Below are positions 26,757 to 36,412 of a stretch of DNA of 64,000 nucleotides, piece after piece. Each line of letters opens with the position of its first letter. The first letter of the stretch is position 1. A program made the translations under genes and the position numbers. The notes beneath the pieces were generated by a model that ran no database searches, was not told the DNA's origin, and saw only the letters and a program-made list of their open reading frames with translations. This stretch comes from Pseudomonadota bacterium (GTDB lineage Bacteria > Pseudomonadota > Alphaproteobacteria > Rhizobiales > Beijerinckiaceae). The stretch spans positions 640,102 through 704,101 of the forward strand of contig JBFLZN010000002.1 in NCBI GenBank assembly GCA_040756295.1, in the 5' to 3' direction.

Positions 26757-28208
26757 ATGAATCAGATTGTCCGCATTGCCAGCCCGGCAAATACCTCCTG
26801 GGTCTCCCGTCGTCTGACCATTTCTTATTACACGGTTGCCGCTTTTGTCGGCGCCGTCGACGGCGTTTTGATCGTTCTGTCGAGTCTCTTCGCGGATTGG
26901 TTCTATAATGTTCTCATCCGCCACGACATCGTACAGACCGATATCGCCCTCGGCATCGGCTTCTGCGGCGGCCTCGGCTATGTCCTGCTCGCCAAGGCGC
27001 TCGGCCTTTACAGCATGCAGGCGACGCTCAATCCGCAAAAGAACGTCTCCAAGACCGTCTTCGTCTGGGGCACGGTGCTTCTGTCGCTGACCGCGGTTCT
27101 CTTCCTGCTGCGGGTCGGCACGATCTTCTCGCGCGGCACGATCATCATTTTCGCCTTCACCGAATTGGCCGTCGTGCTCGGCGCCCGGCTGGTCTCGGCG
27201 CGGCTGATGCGCTCGGTCATCGCCCAGGGCGGCATTGTCGGGCGCCGCGCGGTCATCGTCGGCGAACCGGCCGAGCTCGGCCACCTCAGCGCCAAGAACC
27301 TTCTCATCCATTTCGGTCTCAAGGAACTGGCGCGGGTGACGATCGCCGGCGCCGGCGAAAAGACCGCCGAAGGGCTCGATGTCGCCGCGCTCGATCTGGC
27401 GATCGATGTCGCCCGCCGCCATCACGCCGACGAGCTTGTCATTGCCGTCGATTGGCGCCGGACCGAGGTGATCGAAAAGATCAAAGAGCGCTTCCGCGCC
27501 TCGCCGCTGGCCGTGCGGCTCTTGCCCGACCGCACCGTGCGCGGGACCATCGACCGGCAGGCGGAATTCGCGCCGGAGACGATGCTCTCGGTCGAATTGC
27601 AGCGCGCGCCGCTCACCCATTTCGAGCGCTTCGTCAAGCGCGCCTTCGATACTTTGCTCGCGACGCTCGCGACACTCGCCCTCATGCCGCTGATGCTGCT
27701 GGTGGCGGTCGCCATCAAGCTCGACAGCAAGGGCCCGGTGCTGTTCCGCCAGCAGCGGACCGGCTTCGACGGGCAGAAGTTCCACATCTATAAATTCCGC
27801 ACGATGAACGTCATGGAAGACGGCCCGGTCGTCGTCCAGGCGGCGCGCGGCGACCGCCGCGTCACGCGGGTCGGCGCCTGGCTGCGCCGTACCAGCATCG
27901 ACGAGCTGCCGCAGCTCTTCAATGTCGTCAAAGGCGACATGTCGCTCATCGGGCCGCGCCCGCATGCTCTGGCGCACGACGATCATTACCGGCAGATCAT
28001 CGCCACTTACGCCTTCCGCCACCACGTCAAGCCGGGCATGAGCGGCTGGGCGCAGGTCAATGGTCAGCGCGGCGAGACCGCTAAGGTCGATGACATGCGC
28101 AAGCGTGTCGAGCTTGACCTTTGGTACATCAACAATTGGTCGCTGACGCTCGACTTCAAGATTATCCTGCGCACCTGCCTCGAGATCACCCGCCAGCAGG
28201 CCTATTGA
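26757..28208 (+). CDS. wcaJ: Undecaprenyl-phosphate glucose phosphotransferase (WcaJ-like priming glycosyltransferase)
   Basis: N-terminal TMs; KRAFD, GPVLFRQ.R.G, KFRTM, RRTSIDELPQL.NV.KGDMSLIGPRP, KPG.SGWAQVNG.RG, DLWYI.NWS. Confidence 0.9.
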   Translation: MNQIVRIASPANTSWVSRRLTISYYTVAAFVGAVDGVLIVLSSLFADWFYNVLIRHDIVQTDIALGIGFCGGLGYVLLAKALGLYSMQATLNPQKNVSKTVFVWGTVLLSLTAVLFLLRVGTIFSRGTIIIFAFTELAVVLGARLVSARLMRSVIAQGGIVGRRAVIVGEPAELGHLSAKNLLIHFGLKELARVTIAGAGEKTAEGLDVAALDLAIDVARRHHADELVIAVDWRRTEVIEKIKERFRASPLAVRLLPDRTVRGTIDRQAEFAPETMLSVELQRAPLTHFERFVKRAFDTLLATLATLALMPLMLLVAVAIKLDSKGPVLFRQQRTGFDGQKFHIYKFRTMNVMEDGPVVVQAARGDRRVTRVGAWLRRTSIDELPQLFNVVKGDMSLIGPRPHALAHDDHYRQIIATYAFRHHVKPGMSGWAQVNGQRGETAKVDDMRKRVELDLWYINNWSLTLDFKIILRTCLEITRQQAY

Positions 28209-28236
28209 GGCGCAGCGCTCCTGCCGCCGCGAGACG

Positions 28237-28797
28237 TCAAAAGCGCGGCCGATCCTTCAGCTTCCGCGCGGGATTGCCGGCATAGACCGCCCAGGGCTCG
28301 ATATCGCGGAAAGCGACGCCACGCGCCCCCAGCACCGCGCCTTCGCCGATCGTGACGCCGGGGCCGACAAAGGCTTCCGCCGCCACCCAGGCTTGGGGGC
28401 CGATGCTGATCGGCTTGGCAATCAATTGGAAATCGGGATCGTTGATGTCGTGCGTGCCGGCGCAGAGATGCGCGCCTTGCGAAACGACGGCTTTGGCGCC
28501 GATCGAGATCGGCGCCTGATTGTAGCAATTGACGCCGGGGCCGAGCAGCGCGTGCTCGTCCATCACGAGGTTTGGCGGATACCAGATGCGCGTCTTGCCA
28601 TAGACGCGGGCGCTCGGGGCGATCTCAGCGCCGAAGAGGCGCAGCAGCGCCGTCCGCCAGCCGAAGAGCGGCGGCGGCGTCCAGGCGGCAAGGCCGGCCC
28701 AAGCGACTTGCCAGAGCGCCCGATAGGCGCGGTTGGTGAAGCTGAAGCTCGCGCCGCCTTCGAGCGGCTTGGTCTTCCGCGCATCGAGAATGCTCAT
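28237..28797 (-). CDS. wcaF: WcaF-like O-acetyltransferase (hexapeptide repeat)
   Basis: LAAWTPPPLFGWR..LLRLFGA, SQGAHLCAGTHD, FVGPGVTIGEGAVLGA, AGNPAR. Confidence 0.85.
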   Translation of the reverse strand: MSILDARKTKPLEGGASFSFTNRAYRALWQVAWAGLAAWTPPPLFGWRTALLRLFGAEIAPSARVYGKTRIWYPPNLVMDEHALLGPGVNCYNQAPISIGAKAVVSQGAHLCAGTHDINDPDFQLIAKPISIGPQAWVAAEAFVGPGVTIGEGAVLGARGVAFRDIEPWAVYAGNPARKLKDRPRF

Positions 28798-28804
28798 GAG
28801 GTCA

Positions 28805-29950
28805 TTATATCCCAGCGTGGAGCCGGCGGTAGATCGCGACCCATTGCGCCGCGACCGCCCGGGGCGAGAAGCGGCGCGCGGCGAGGTCGCGGGCGGCGGC
28901 CGACATTTTCTCCCATTCGCTTTCGGTCAGGGCAAAGGCGCGCCGCAGCGCCGCCGCGATGGCCTCCCTGTCCGTCCCGCTGTCGAGCGCCGCACCTTGG
29001 GTGAAACCATCCGGCAGATTGCAGGCGGCCGACATCAAGGTCGGGGTCGCGGTGGCCCAGGCTTCGAGGATCGCCATCGGCAGGCCTTCGCTCAACGAGG
29101 GCAGAATGATGAAACGCGCCTCGCGCAGCAGCTTCTGCTTCGCCTCGCCATAGACCGGGCCGAGGAAATCGATCGACGCGTCGGCGGCGGTGGCGAGCTT
29201 GCTCCGCAGCGCCGCGACATGGGCGGCCTCGCCCCAGCCGGCGATGGCGAGCCGCCAGCCGGCCGGCCCGCCGCCCGCCGCGGTCCAGGCCTCGATCAAG
29301 GGATCGAGGTTCTTCTTCGGATGGATGCGGCCGATATAGAAGACGAGCTTCGAGCGGGGGCTTGGCGCGGCCGCGGCGTCGGCGGCGACATAGTTCGGCA
29401 CGATGGCGATGCGCGCCGCATCAGTGCCGGTCTCCTGCGCAATGTCGGCCGCCTCCGCCGCGGTCAGGGCGTGAAACAAGCGGGCGTCGCGCCAGCTTCG
29501 CCGTTCGTAGCCAAGCCGCGCCAACGTCTTTTTCCAGCGCCCACGCGCCGTAATCCAGGGATCGAGCATGCCATGCGGCGAAATCACATAGGGGCGCCCC
29601 GTCCGCTCCGCCCACAGCGCGCCGCAAAGCGAGGCATATTGCCAAATCCCGTGCAGATGCAGGAGATCGATATCGGCGGCGAGAAGCTGCGCCAGAAGGC
29701 CGGGCGCATAATCGAAGGCCGCCGGGCCACGGCCGGGCACGGTGATCGTCCCGATCGCGCCGAAACGCTTGCGGTCCTCCGCCGTGAACGGATCGGCGGC
29801 GCCGAAGACGATGGGCACGAGACCGCCATGCGCTTCGAGCGCCTGGGCCTCGGCCAGCACCGCCTCGAAGACGCCGCCGCCGCGCCGCGAGACGCGCGCG
29901 GTCAGGAGCCCGACCCTGAGCGGCCGCCCGTTTTTTTCGCCGCCTGTCAT
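28805..29950 (-). CDS. Glycosyltransferase family 4
   Basis: HLHGIW, ISPHGML, FYIGRIHPKKN, LPSLSEGLPMAILEAWA. Confidence 0.9.
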   Translation of the reverse strand: MTGGEKNGRPLRVGLLTARVSRRGGGVFEAVLAEAQALEAHGGLVPIVFGAADPFTAEDRKRFGAIGTITVPGRGPAAFDYAPGLLAQLLAADIDLLHLHGIWQYASLCGALWAERTGRPYVISPHGMLDPWITARGRWKKTLARLGYERRSWRDARLFHALTAAEAADIAQETGTDAARIAIVPNYVAADAAAAPSPRSKLVFYIGRIHPKKNLDPLIEAWTAAGGGPAGWRLAIAGWGEAAHVAALRSKLATAADASIDFLGPVYGEAKQKLLREARFIILPSLSEGLPMAILEAWATATPTLMSAACNLPDGFTQGAALDSGTDREAIAAALRRAFALTESEWEKMSAAARDLAARRFSPRAVAAQWVAIYRRLHAGI

Positions 29951-30024
29951 TTTATCGAACCTGTCACCTGGTGTATCCCAACGCGCCGGAAGGCGAAGAC
30001 CACACCAAATTGGTTGAACGGAAG

Positions 30025-31047
30025 ATGAGCGCTACCGATTACGTGTCAACATGGATGTATGTCGAGTCGCCGCAAGAGGGCGGGCTTTATCCGCAGGTCG
30101 GCGGCCTGACGACGAGCCAGACGACGCAGAACATCTATTGGCGCTGCGTCTATACCTTCTTTTGGAGCGCCAATGCCTTTCTGAAGAAAGGCGAGGTGAG
30201 GCTTCTGCTCTTCACCAATGTTTCGCGGCTGCCTGTCGTCGACGGCATTGACCTCAACAAGGCGCTCGCCGATTTCGGCGTCGAGCTCGTCACTTTGCGC
30301 TACACGTGGGCGCCGGCCGGCACGCGGCGACCCTGGTTCAATCAATATTTCCTGTTCGACATTCTCGACTATGCGGCCGGCCGGCTCGGTGCCGACGATA
30401 CGCTGCTGGTCATGGACAATGATTGCCTGATCGTCGGCGATCTCAGCCCCGCTTTTGCCCTCGCGCGGCGCGACGGCGCCCTGCTCATCACCGTCGATGT
30501 CGGCGCGGATGAGGACGCCAACGGCCTATCGCGCCGGCGCGCGATCGATGTTTATGCCGAAGTCGGCGACGCGCGCCCTGCCTCGCCGCCGGATTATTTC
30601 GGGGGCGAGTTCTACGGTTTGAGCGGCGCTCTGCTGGCGCGCCTGCTGCCGCTTGCCAAGGAGGTGCGGGTCAAGAACGATGCGCTCGCGGCCGCAGGCC
30701 AAGCCTATTTCTCCGACGAGGCGCATTTCTTCAGCTATCTCATGTGGCGGCTGGGCCTGCGGGCGCCGAATGCCAATGCGATTGCCCGGCGAATCTGGAC
30801 GACCTGGAAGCTCAACAATACAGAGGCGGCCGATCTCGACCGGCCGGTCTGGCATCTGCCGTCGGAGAAGACCTACGGTTTCGCCGATCTTTTTGCGCGG
30901 CTGGCGGCGGGCCAGTCCATTCCCGCCGACCCGGCGCGGCGGCGCAGCTGGCTGGCGCGGCAGATGGGCGTCGGCCGCAAAAGCCCGCGCAAGTTCATCG
31001 GGCATTTCTTACGCGCCGCGCGGCGGCGGTTGCGGCGCCCGGCGTGA
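30025..31047 (+). CDS. Hypothetical GT-A fold (GT8-like) glycosyltransferase
   Basis: LLVMDNDCLI (DXD), YFGGEF, DEAHFFS, WHLPSEK; lies within EPS cluster. Confidence 0.55.
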   Translation: MSATDYVSTWMYVESPQEGGLYPQVGGLTTSQTTQNIYWRCVYTFFWSANAFLKKGEVRLLLFTNVSRLPVVDGIDLNKALADFGVELVTLRYTWAPAGTRRPWFNQYFLFDILDYAAGRLGADDTLLVMDNDCLIVGDLSPAFALARRDGALLITVDVGADEDANGLSRRRAIDVYAEVGDARPASPPDYFGGEFYGLSGALLARLLPLAKEVRVKNDALAAAGQAYFSDEAHFFSYLMWRLGLRAPNANAIARRIWTTWKLNNTEAADLDRPVWHLPSEKTYGFADLFARLAAGQSIPADPARRRSWLARQMGVGRKSPRKFIGHFLRAARRRLRRPA

Positions 31048-31087
31048 CTATAGCCGCCGCTTGGCTTAATGAGCGCTCGGCCGGCAC

Positions 31088-32533
31088 ATGAGGGACAATC
31101 GGGACCATATGCGCATATTGAATAAAGATCTCCTGAAACGCCGTAACCTTCTCAAGCTCATTTTCGGCGGCTTTGTCGGCTCCGGCGCCTATGCGCTCGG
31201 CGAGCGCACGGCCGCGGCGGCCGATCCGGATCCCGATCCGCCGCCACTCGCGACGCAGAGCCGGTTCGCGACCCTGTCCGATCTGCGCTCTGTCGAAGAG
31301 CCGCACGACCTTGCCGATATCGATGTCGTCGTTCTCAACCATCATGCCGATAATGATCGCGGCGGCGGCACCTTCCGCTGGGTGGCCAATTCGCAGGCGG
31401 CGGACGACAATGCGGTCTATATCAAGCCGGACAGCGTCGCCGACGGCCAGCCGGGGCGTTTCGCGCGGGTCTTTTCGGGCGACGTGAATGTCTGTTGGTT
31501 TGGCGCCCGCGGCGATGACGACATTGACGACTCGATCGCCTTCCAGGCGGCGATCGATTGGTCCGAGGTGCGCGGTGGCGGCGTCGTGCGCGTGCCGCCC
31601 GGGTCCTATATCTGCAACAACGTGCTCCTGAAGAACGGCGTCACGCTGTCGTCGACTGCGGAGGCTTATGGCTACAGCCCGAGCAAGATTCTCGGCACCG
31701 CTTTGCGCTGCACGCATCCGGGCTTTTGTCTCGACACGCCGGAAAAGGGCGTCACCGCCGCGGCGGTGTCGGGCATCAATTTCCGCGGCGGCGGCCCAAA
31801 CCTTGCCGCTGGCGGCATCCGCCTGCAAAAGGCGAGCTGGTGCGCGATCAAGATCGCGCAATTCGACAATTTTGCCGACGAGGCGATCCTCATCACGAGC
31901 GGCATGGCCTGCGTGATCGAAGACGTGTTGACGACGAATGTCCTGCTCAATCGCGTCCGGCCGAAACTCGCCGGCGCGATCACCATCGGCGGCACGGATC
32001 ATTACCTCAACCGCATCGAGGCCAACACGTCGTTGCACGCGCTGAGCGGCAATGGGTCAGACCGCACGATCGCCGCCTTTCTCATACGCGACGCCAATCA
32101 TTTCATCACCAATTGCGTCGGTGAGATTTCAGACGTCGGCTTTGTCGTCCAAGGGCTTTATCATCGCTTCACCGGCGTTCGCGGCGACCGCAATTTCGGC
32201 GACGGTTTCATCATCGATTGCAAGCTGACGACCTTTTCGAGCTGCACGGCGCTCGACAACAATCATGATCCAAAGGCCAAGGGCTCGGGCTTCGTGATCA
32301 CCGGCCCCGCCAATACTTTGTCGGCCTGCATTGCCGCCTCCAATCGGCTGCCGTCGCTGCAGCTTTTCGGGTTCGACGACCATAACCCGATCGGCGATGT
32401 CGACCGCGACACGCTTTATGCCGCGTGCCGTAGCTCGAACCATCAGATCGCGGCGCAACGCTGCGTGACGGTCAAGAACCAGGAAGTGACGTTCCAAGAC
32501 GTCCAGTCGCGCACCGGCGTTGCGGTGCGCTAG
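31088..32533 (+). CDS. Tat-exported right-handed beta-helix (pectate-lyase-3/tailspike-like) protein
   Basis: KRRNLLK twin-Arg signal; GGGTFRW tailspike-type N-domain; VNVCWFGARGD...DDSIAFQAAID; G.V.VPPGSY; Asn/Gly/Cys ladder repeats. Confidence 0.75.
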   Translation: MRDNRDHMRILNKDLLKRRNLLKLIFGGFVGSGAYALGERTAAAADPDPDPPPLATQSRFATLSDLRSVEEPHDLADIDVVVLNHHADNDRGGGTFRWVANSQAADDNAVYIKPDSVADGQPGRFARVFSGDVNVCWFGARGDDDIDDSIAFQAAIDWSEVRGGGVVRVPPGSYICNNVLLKNGVTLSSTAEAYGYSPSKILGTALRCTHPGFCLDTPEKGVTAAAVSGINFRGGGPNLAAGGIRLQKASWCAIKIAQFDNFADEAILITSGMACVIEDVLTTNVLLNRVRPKLAGAITIGGTDHYLNRIEANTSLHALSGNGSDRTIAAFLIRDANHFITNCVGEISDVGFVVQGLYHRFTGVRGDRNFGDGFIIDCKLTTFSSCTALDNNHDPKAKGSGFVITGPANTLSACIAASNRLPSLQLFGFDDHNPIGDVDRDTLYAACRSSNHQIAAQRCVTVKNQEVTFQDVQSRTGVAVR

Positions 32534-32548
32534 TCTCACGTCCGGATT

Positions 32549-33769
32549 TCAGCTCGCAGGATTAACCGGCGGTTTCGCCTTTCGCATCAGCAGCGCGGGC
32601 TGCCAGCCGGCGGCGGCCGTGTTCGCATGCGCAAAGAGCACGATATAGAACAGGAACGGATACGGATTGATATTGAAGAAACGGTCGTTGAACATCCAGA
32701 AGACCGGAATGCCGAGGAAGCAGAAGAACCATTTCCTGTTGGTGCGATAGAGATCGTAGAGCAGGAAGAAGATCATCCCGTAGATCACAAGCGACAGGAT
32801 GCCGAACTCGGAGAGCCCGAACAAAAAGAAATTATGGATTTCGACGCCGTAGCGGTCAAAGAAGCCGGCGCCATTGCCGATGATCGGGCTCGCCAGAAAC
32901 CAATGCCAGGCCACGCTCCAGAGCTGATCGCGCCCGACAAAGCCCGAGCCGAGGCCGCGATATTTGTCGTGCAGGAGCAGAATTGAATTAAGCAGGGCGG
33001 CGGCTTTGTTGGAGAGAAGCAGCAGCGCCGCGCCGGCGCAGGCCAGCCCGCCGAGGATCAAGGCAAGCCGCTTCTTGTTGTTCCATTCCTCATAGACGAG
33101 CTTGGCGCCGATGGTGATGACCGCGACAACGAAAGCGGCGCGGCCTTCCATCAAATAGATCGCGTAAAGCGACGGCAACGTCACGACAAGGAACAGCGGC
33201 CAGGAGAGCACGCAGGCGGCAAGCACCACCGACATCGCGATGATCTCAGACCCGAGATTAGGATGCGAGTGGTGGAAGTAGGAATAGCGGCCGTAGGTGA
33301 TGTCGATATGGCCCGTTTTCGCCGCGAGCAGATAGATCAGCGTGCTGGCGAAGAGCACACCGACGCAGGTCAGGACATATTTCTGCAAATTGTCGCGCCG
33401 GACCATCGTCAAGGTGATGAAGACATGGGTCATGAACCCAAAAATCTTGACATAGTCGGAGAATTGCGAGCCGCCCGGAACCGACGAAATCAGAATAATC
33501 GAAGTCAAGACGAGCGCCGACATCACGGCGATGCGGCTGATGGAAATATATCGATAATAGACGAGGCACAGAGCCAGCTTGATCGCCAGCGTCGCCGCAT
33601 GCCAATAGTCCGGATAGACGTTGAGAATATACGAAAAAGGGACGAGTGAATCGATGACGCCGAAGATGTAAACGACGGCGTTCGGCGAGGTGTAAAAATC
33701 GTCCGGCCGGGTTTTGTCCTCGGTTCTGACTTCTTGCGACGGCGCGAGCAAAAGATCCTCCGGAACCAA
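32549..33769 (-). CDS. Wzy polymerase / O-antigen-ligase-like membrane protein
   Basis: About 10-11 TMs; HPNLGS, GRAAF, GSGFVGRDQLW, PIIGNG, HNFFL. Confidence 0.8.
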   Translation of the reverse strand: MVPEDLLLAPSQEVRTEDKTRPDDFYTSPNAVVYIFGVIDSLVPFSYILNVYPDYWHAATLAIKLALCLVYYRYISISRIAVMSALVLTSIILISSVPGGSQFSDYVKIFGFMTHVFITLTMVRRDNLQKYVLTCVGVLFASTLIYLLAAKTGHIDITYGRYSYFHHSHPNLGSEIIAMSVVLAACVLSWPLFLVVTLPSLYAIYLMEGRAAFVVAVITIGAKLVYEEWNNKKRLALILGGLACAGAALLLLSNKAAALLNSILLLHDKYRGLGSGFVGRDQLWSVAWHWFLASPIIGNGAGFFDRYGVEIHNFFLFGLSEFGILSLVIYGMIFFLLYDLYRTNRKWFFCFLGIPVFWMFNDRFFNINPYPFLFYIVLFAHANTAAAGWQPALLMRKAKPPVNPAS

Positions 33770-33780
33770 ATTTGGGGCGT

Positions 33781-35034
33781 TTATCCCTTCGTTCCCAAGA
33801 TTTTACCGAGATAGTCCAATACCGCCTTCTGATAGGCGGCGACAGTAAAACCTTCGGCAATGGGTGGCGCGGCCTGCTGCCACGCTTGCAGGAGATCGCG
33901 ATTATCGATCACCGACATGAGCGCCGCATGAACGCTGTCTTCGTCGAGCCGCTCAAGCGCGAGGCCGGCTGCGGGGATGGCGTCGAGGTTCGAATTCTTC
34001 GATTGGACCACGGCGCAGCCGCAGGCGAGCGCCTCGTAGATCGTGATCGGCGAGCCTTCGAAAAAGGTCGGGAAGACGAGACAGTCGGCCTCGCGCAAAT
34101 AGTCGGCGACGGCAGCGCGCGGCACGGTCGGGATCAGGGTCACGAGGTCGGCATATTGGCGGAAAGTTGCGCTCGGCACCTGCATCTGGCCGACGATCGT
34201 CAGCGTCGCGGCATTGCGCGGCAGCCGCGCGAAAGCCTTGAGCAGAAGGTGGATCCCTTTGCGCGGCCCCGCCTGGCCCAGAAAGAGGAAATGCACCGGC
34301 CGGTCCTTCGGCCGCAGCGGCGGCGGACCCGGCTTGAAGAAGACATCGTCGTAGCAATAGGGCAGGACGTCGATCTTGCCGGCGAGGTCCGGACGGGCGA
34401 GCGGATCGAGAATCGTGTCGCGGCAGAAATCGCTGCCGACAACGATGCCGTCGGCGAGGTCGTATTCCTTGTCCTGGATGTCGATGACGGCCTGCGGCAC
34501 GGCGAAGTTGGGGCTCGAGAAGAAGGGCTTATACTCGGCGTAGATCTGCTTCATCAGCGCATTGTAGACGCGCGGATCGCCGATGGTCTTGTCGAGGATG
34601 CGCACGATGCCGCGCTGTTTGGCGAAGGCGAAAACATCGGCCGAAGACGTGTCGTAGCCCCAGACGGCGGCGACCGGCTCGCGCCCGATCAAGCCGCAAA
34701 CCGATTTGGCGAAAACACTATTGCCGGCGGTGTTGACGCGGGCGGCGAGGCGGCGAAGGCCGGCGCGGGTGAAACCGCGCTCGATCCATTCATGCAGGCC
34801 GAAGGTGCGCACCGCCTCCGGCGCGAGGCCCGGGTGATAGAAGCGGCCGAACTCGGCCGTCAGCCTTTCGCGCAGCGTCGCCGGCAGATAGGGCAGCGCG
34901 CGATAGGGCCAGCGGTTGGCGCGATAGAAGATCGAGGTTGCATACCAGCCGAGCCTGCCGGCGCTTTGGAGGGCGCGGGCGGTTTGCCATGAATGCTGTG
35001 TTCCGGGGTGAAAAACCCCCACGTCGTGAGTCAT
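33781..35034 (-). CDS. Glycosyltransferase family 4
   Basis: True start MTHDVGVFHPGTQHS overlapping wzx stop (upstream 824-aa extension is spurious); FLFLGQ..PRKG, FPTFFEGSPITIYEALACG. Confidence 0.88.
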   Translation of the reverse strand: MTHDVGVFHPGTQHSWQTARALQSAGRLGWYATSIFYRANRWPYRALPYLPATLRERLTAEFGRFYHPGLAPEAVRTFGLHEWIERGFTRAGLRRLAARVNTAGNSVFAKSVCGLIGREPVAAVWGYDTSSADVFAFAKQRGIVRILDKTIGDPRVYNALMKQIYAEYKPFFSSPNFAVPQAVIDIQDKEYDLADGIVVGSDFCRDTILDPLARPDLAGKIDVLPYCYDDVFFKPGPPPLRPKDRPVHFLFLGQAGPRKGIHLLLKAFARLPRNAATLTIVGQMQVPSATFRQYADLVTLIPTVPRAAVADYLREADCLVFPTFFEGSPITIYEALACGCAVVQSKNSNLDAIPAAGLALERLDEDSVHAALMSVIDNRDLLQAWQQAAPPIAEGFTVAAYQKAVLDYLGKILGTKG

Positions 35035-36353
35035 ATCACTTCCGAGATCTGGTCTTGGGCGCCCGCCCGGCTTGGCTTCAAGATTTGCGCATGGGCGAGG
35101 CGCATCACAACAACGAACATGAAGCAATCGAGCGCCAGCAGCGCGAGGCCCGCGCCGGTCGCCTGCCACCGCAGCGACAAAGGATAGCAAAGCGCGACGC
35201 TCGCGAGCGCGGCGGCGAGGAAGATGTAGGAATAAGTGGCGTGGCGGTTGGCGGCGAGGATCAGGTTCGACACCGGAAGCCACATGCCATTGACGAACAT
35301 CACCGCGGTCATGACGGCGATAAGATCGAAGCTCGGATGCACCGTGTGATGCGTCCAGAGGACAATGATCTTCTGCCCGAAGAGGAGCATGACCATTGCC
35401 CCGGGCACGAGAATCGCAGCGTCCGTCAAGAAGGTCGCGAACAGGAAATGCCGCTGCAGACGCCCATCGCCGCGCGCCACGGCCATCGAGAATTCCGGCA
35501 TCAGCGCATGGTTCAGCAGCGTCGTGAACTGCACGCCGGCGCGGATCAGCGTGCGCGCGGTGGTGAAGATCGGCACCGTCGCCGCGCTGGTCGCGGCGCC
35601 GAGCATGACCGGCGTTCCTTGCAGGAAGGCGGCCTGGGCGAACGGCAAGGCCATGGCGGCGAAGGCGGGCTTTGCCAGCCGCTTGATCTCGTCGAGATTG
35701 GCGCCGGCAAAACCAAGCCGCAGCCAGGGCACGTTGAAGGTCAGCACCAGTGCCTGGCCGATGACGCAGAGGGTGCGCGCGATGACATAGGCGGAGGCGG
35801 CGGCAAGCAGCGAGCCGCCGCTGAGCACCGTGACGATGCAGGCGCAGCCCTCGGTCAATTGCGTGACCGATTGGCCGACGACGCCGAGCGCATAAAGTTC
35901 GGAGCAGCGGAATCCCGCCATCAATATGCTGCTTGCAAGACAGATCAGCCCATAGGCGACGATCAAGATCAACACGAGCCGGATAGCGCCGGGACCCTCG
36001 GGAATATCGAACGTGATCCAGGGCGTGGGCAGCAGCGTGCAGATCGCCACTGCGATGAGAAAGACCGTTGTCGAGACGAAGGCGATCGCGGCGAGAGCGC
36101 TGTGATAGGTAAGGAGCGTGCCTTCTTTGTCGCCGCGCGCGACCTTCATCGTCATATCCACGCCGGCGGCCGTCGCAAAGCCGAAGTCGCCCAGCGCGAG
36201 ATAGGACGGGATGGTGAACAGCATCAGCCAGATGCCGTAGAGCTTGAGACCCCAATGCGTCGCGAGCACGGGAACAAGCGCCAATTGCAGGCCGATGGTG
36301 ACGATCTGGCTCAGGGCATTCGCGCCGATACCGCGAAGCAGGCGGGCAAACAT
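35031..36353 (-). CDS. Wzx-type polysaccharide flippase
   Basis: About 12 TMs; WG...YGIWL, LALGDFG, P.F..A..RGD motifs. Confidence 0.82.
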   Translation of the reverse strand: MFARLLRGIGANALSQIVTIGLQLALVPVLATHWGLKLYGIWLMLFTIPSYLALGDFGFATAAGVDMTMKVARGDKEGTLLTYHSALAAIAFVSTTVFLIAVAICTLLPTPWITFDIPEGPGAIRLVLILIVAYGLICLASSILMAGFRCSELYALGVVGQSVTQLTEGCACIVTVLSGGSLLAAASAYVIARTLCVIGQALVLTFNVPWLRLGFAGANLDEIKRLAKPAFAAMALPFAQAAFLQGTPVMLGAATSAATVPIFTTARTLIRAGVQFTTLLNHALMPEFSMAVARGDGRLQRHFLFATFLTDAAILVPGAMVMLLFGQKIIVLWTHHTVHPSFDLIAVMTAVMFVNGMWLPVSNLILAANRHATYSYIFLAAALASVALCYPLSLRWQATGAGLALLALDCFMFVVVMRLAHAQILKPSRAGAQDQISEVI

Positions 36354-36412
36354 TCTCGGTTAAATCCTCGCCGCCGGAAATCTGCGGGCGGAAACGCTAA
36401 AGTTCTGGAAAA

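Noticed and set aside
28825-28832. ops-like GGCGGTAG in the EPS cluster
   Set aside because: Lies inside a GT coding sequence on the opposite strand, not in a leader; an 8-mer is expected by chance at this GC content
35035-36255. N-terminal extension making an 824-aa glycosyltransferase fusion
   Set aside because: The extension is an alternative frame overlapping wzx; the true GT begins at 35034
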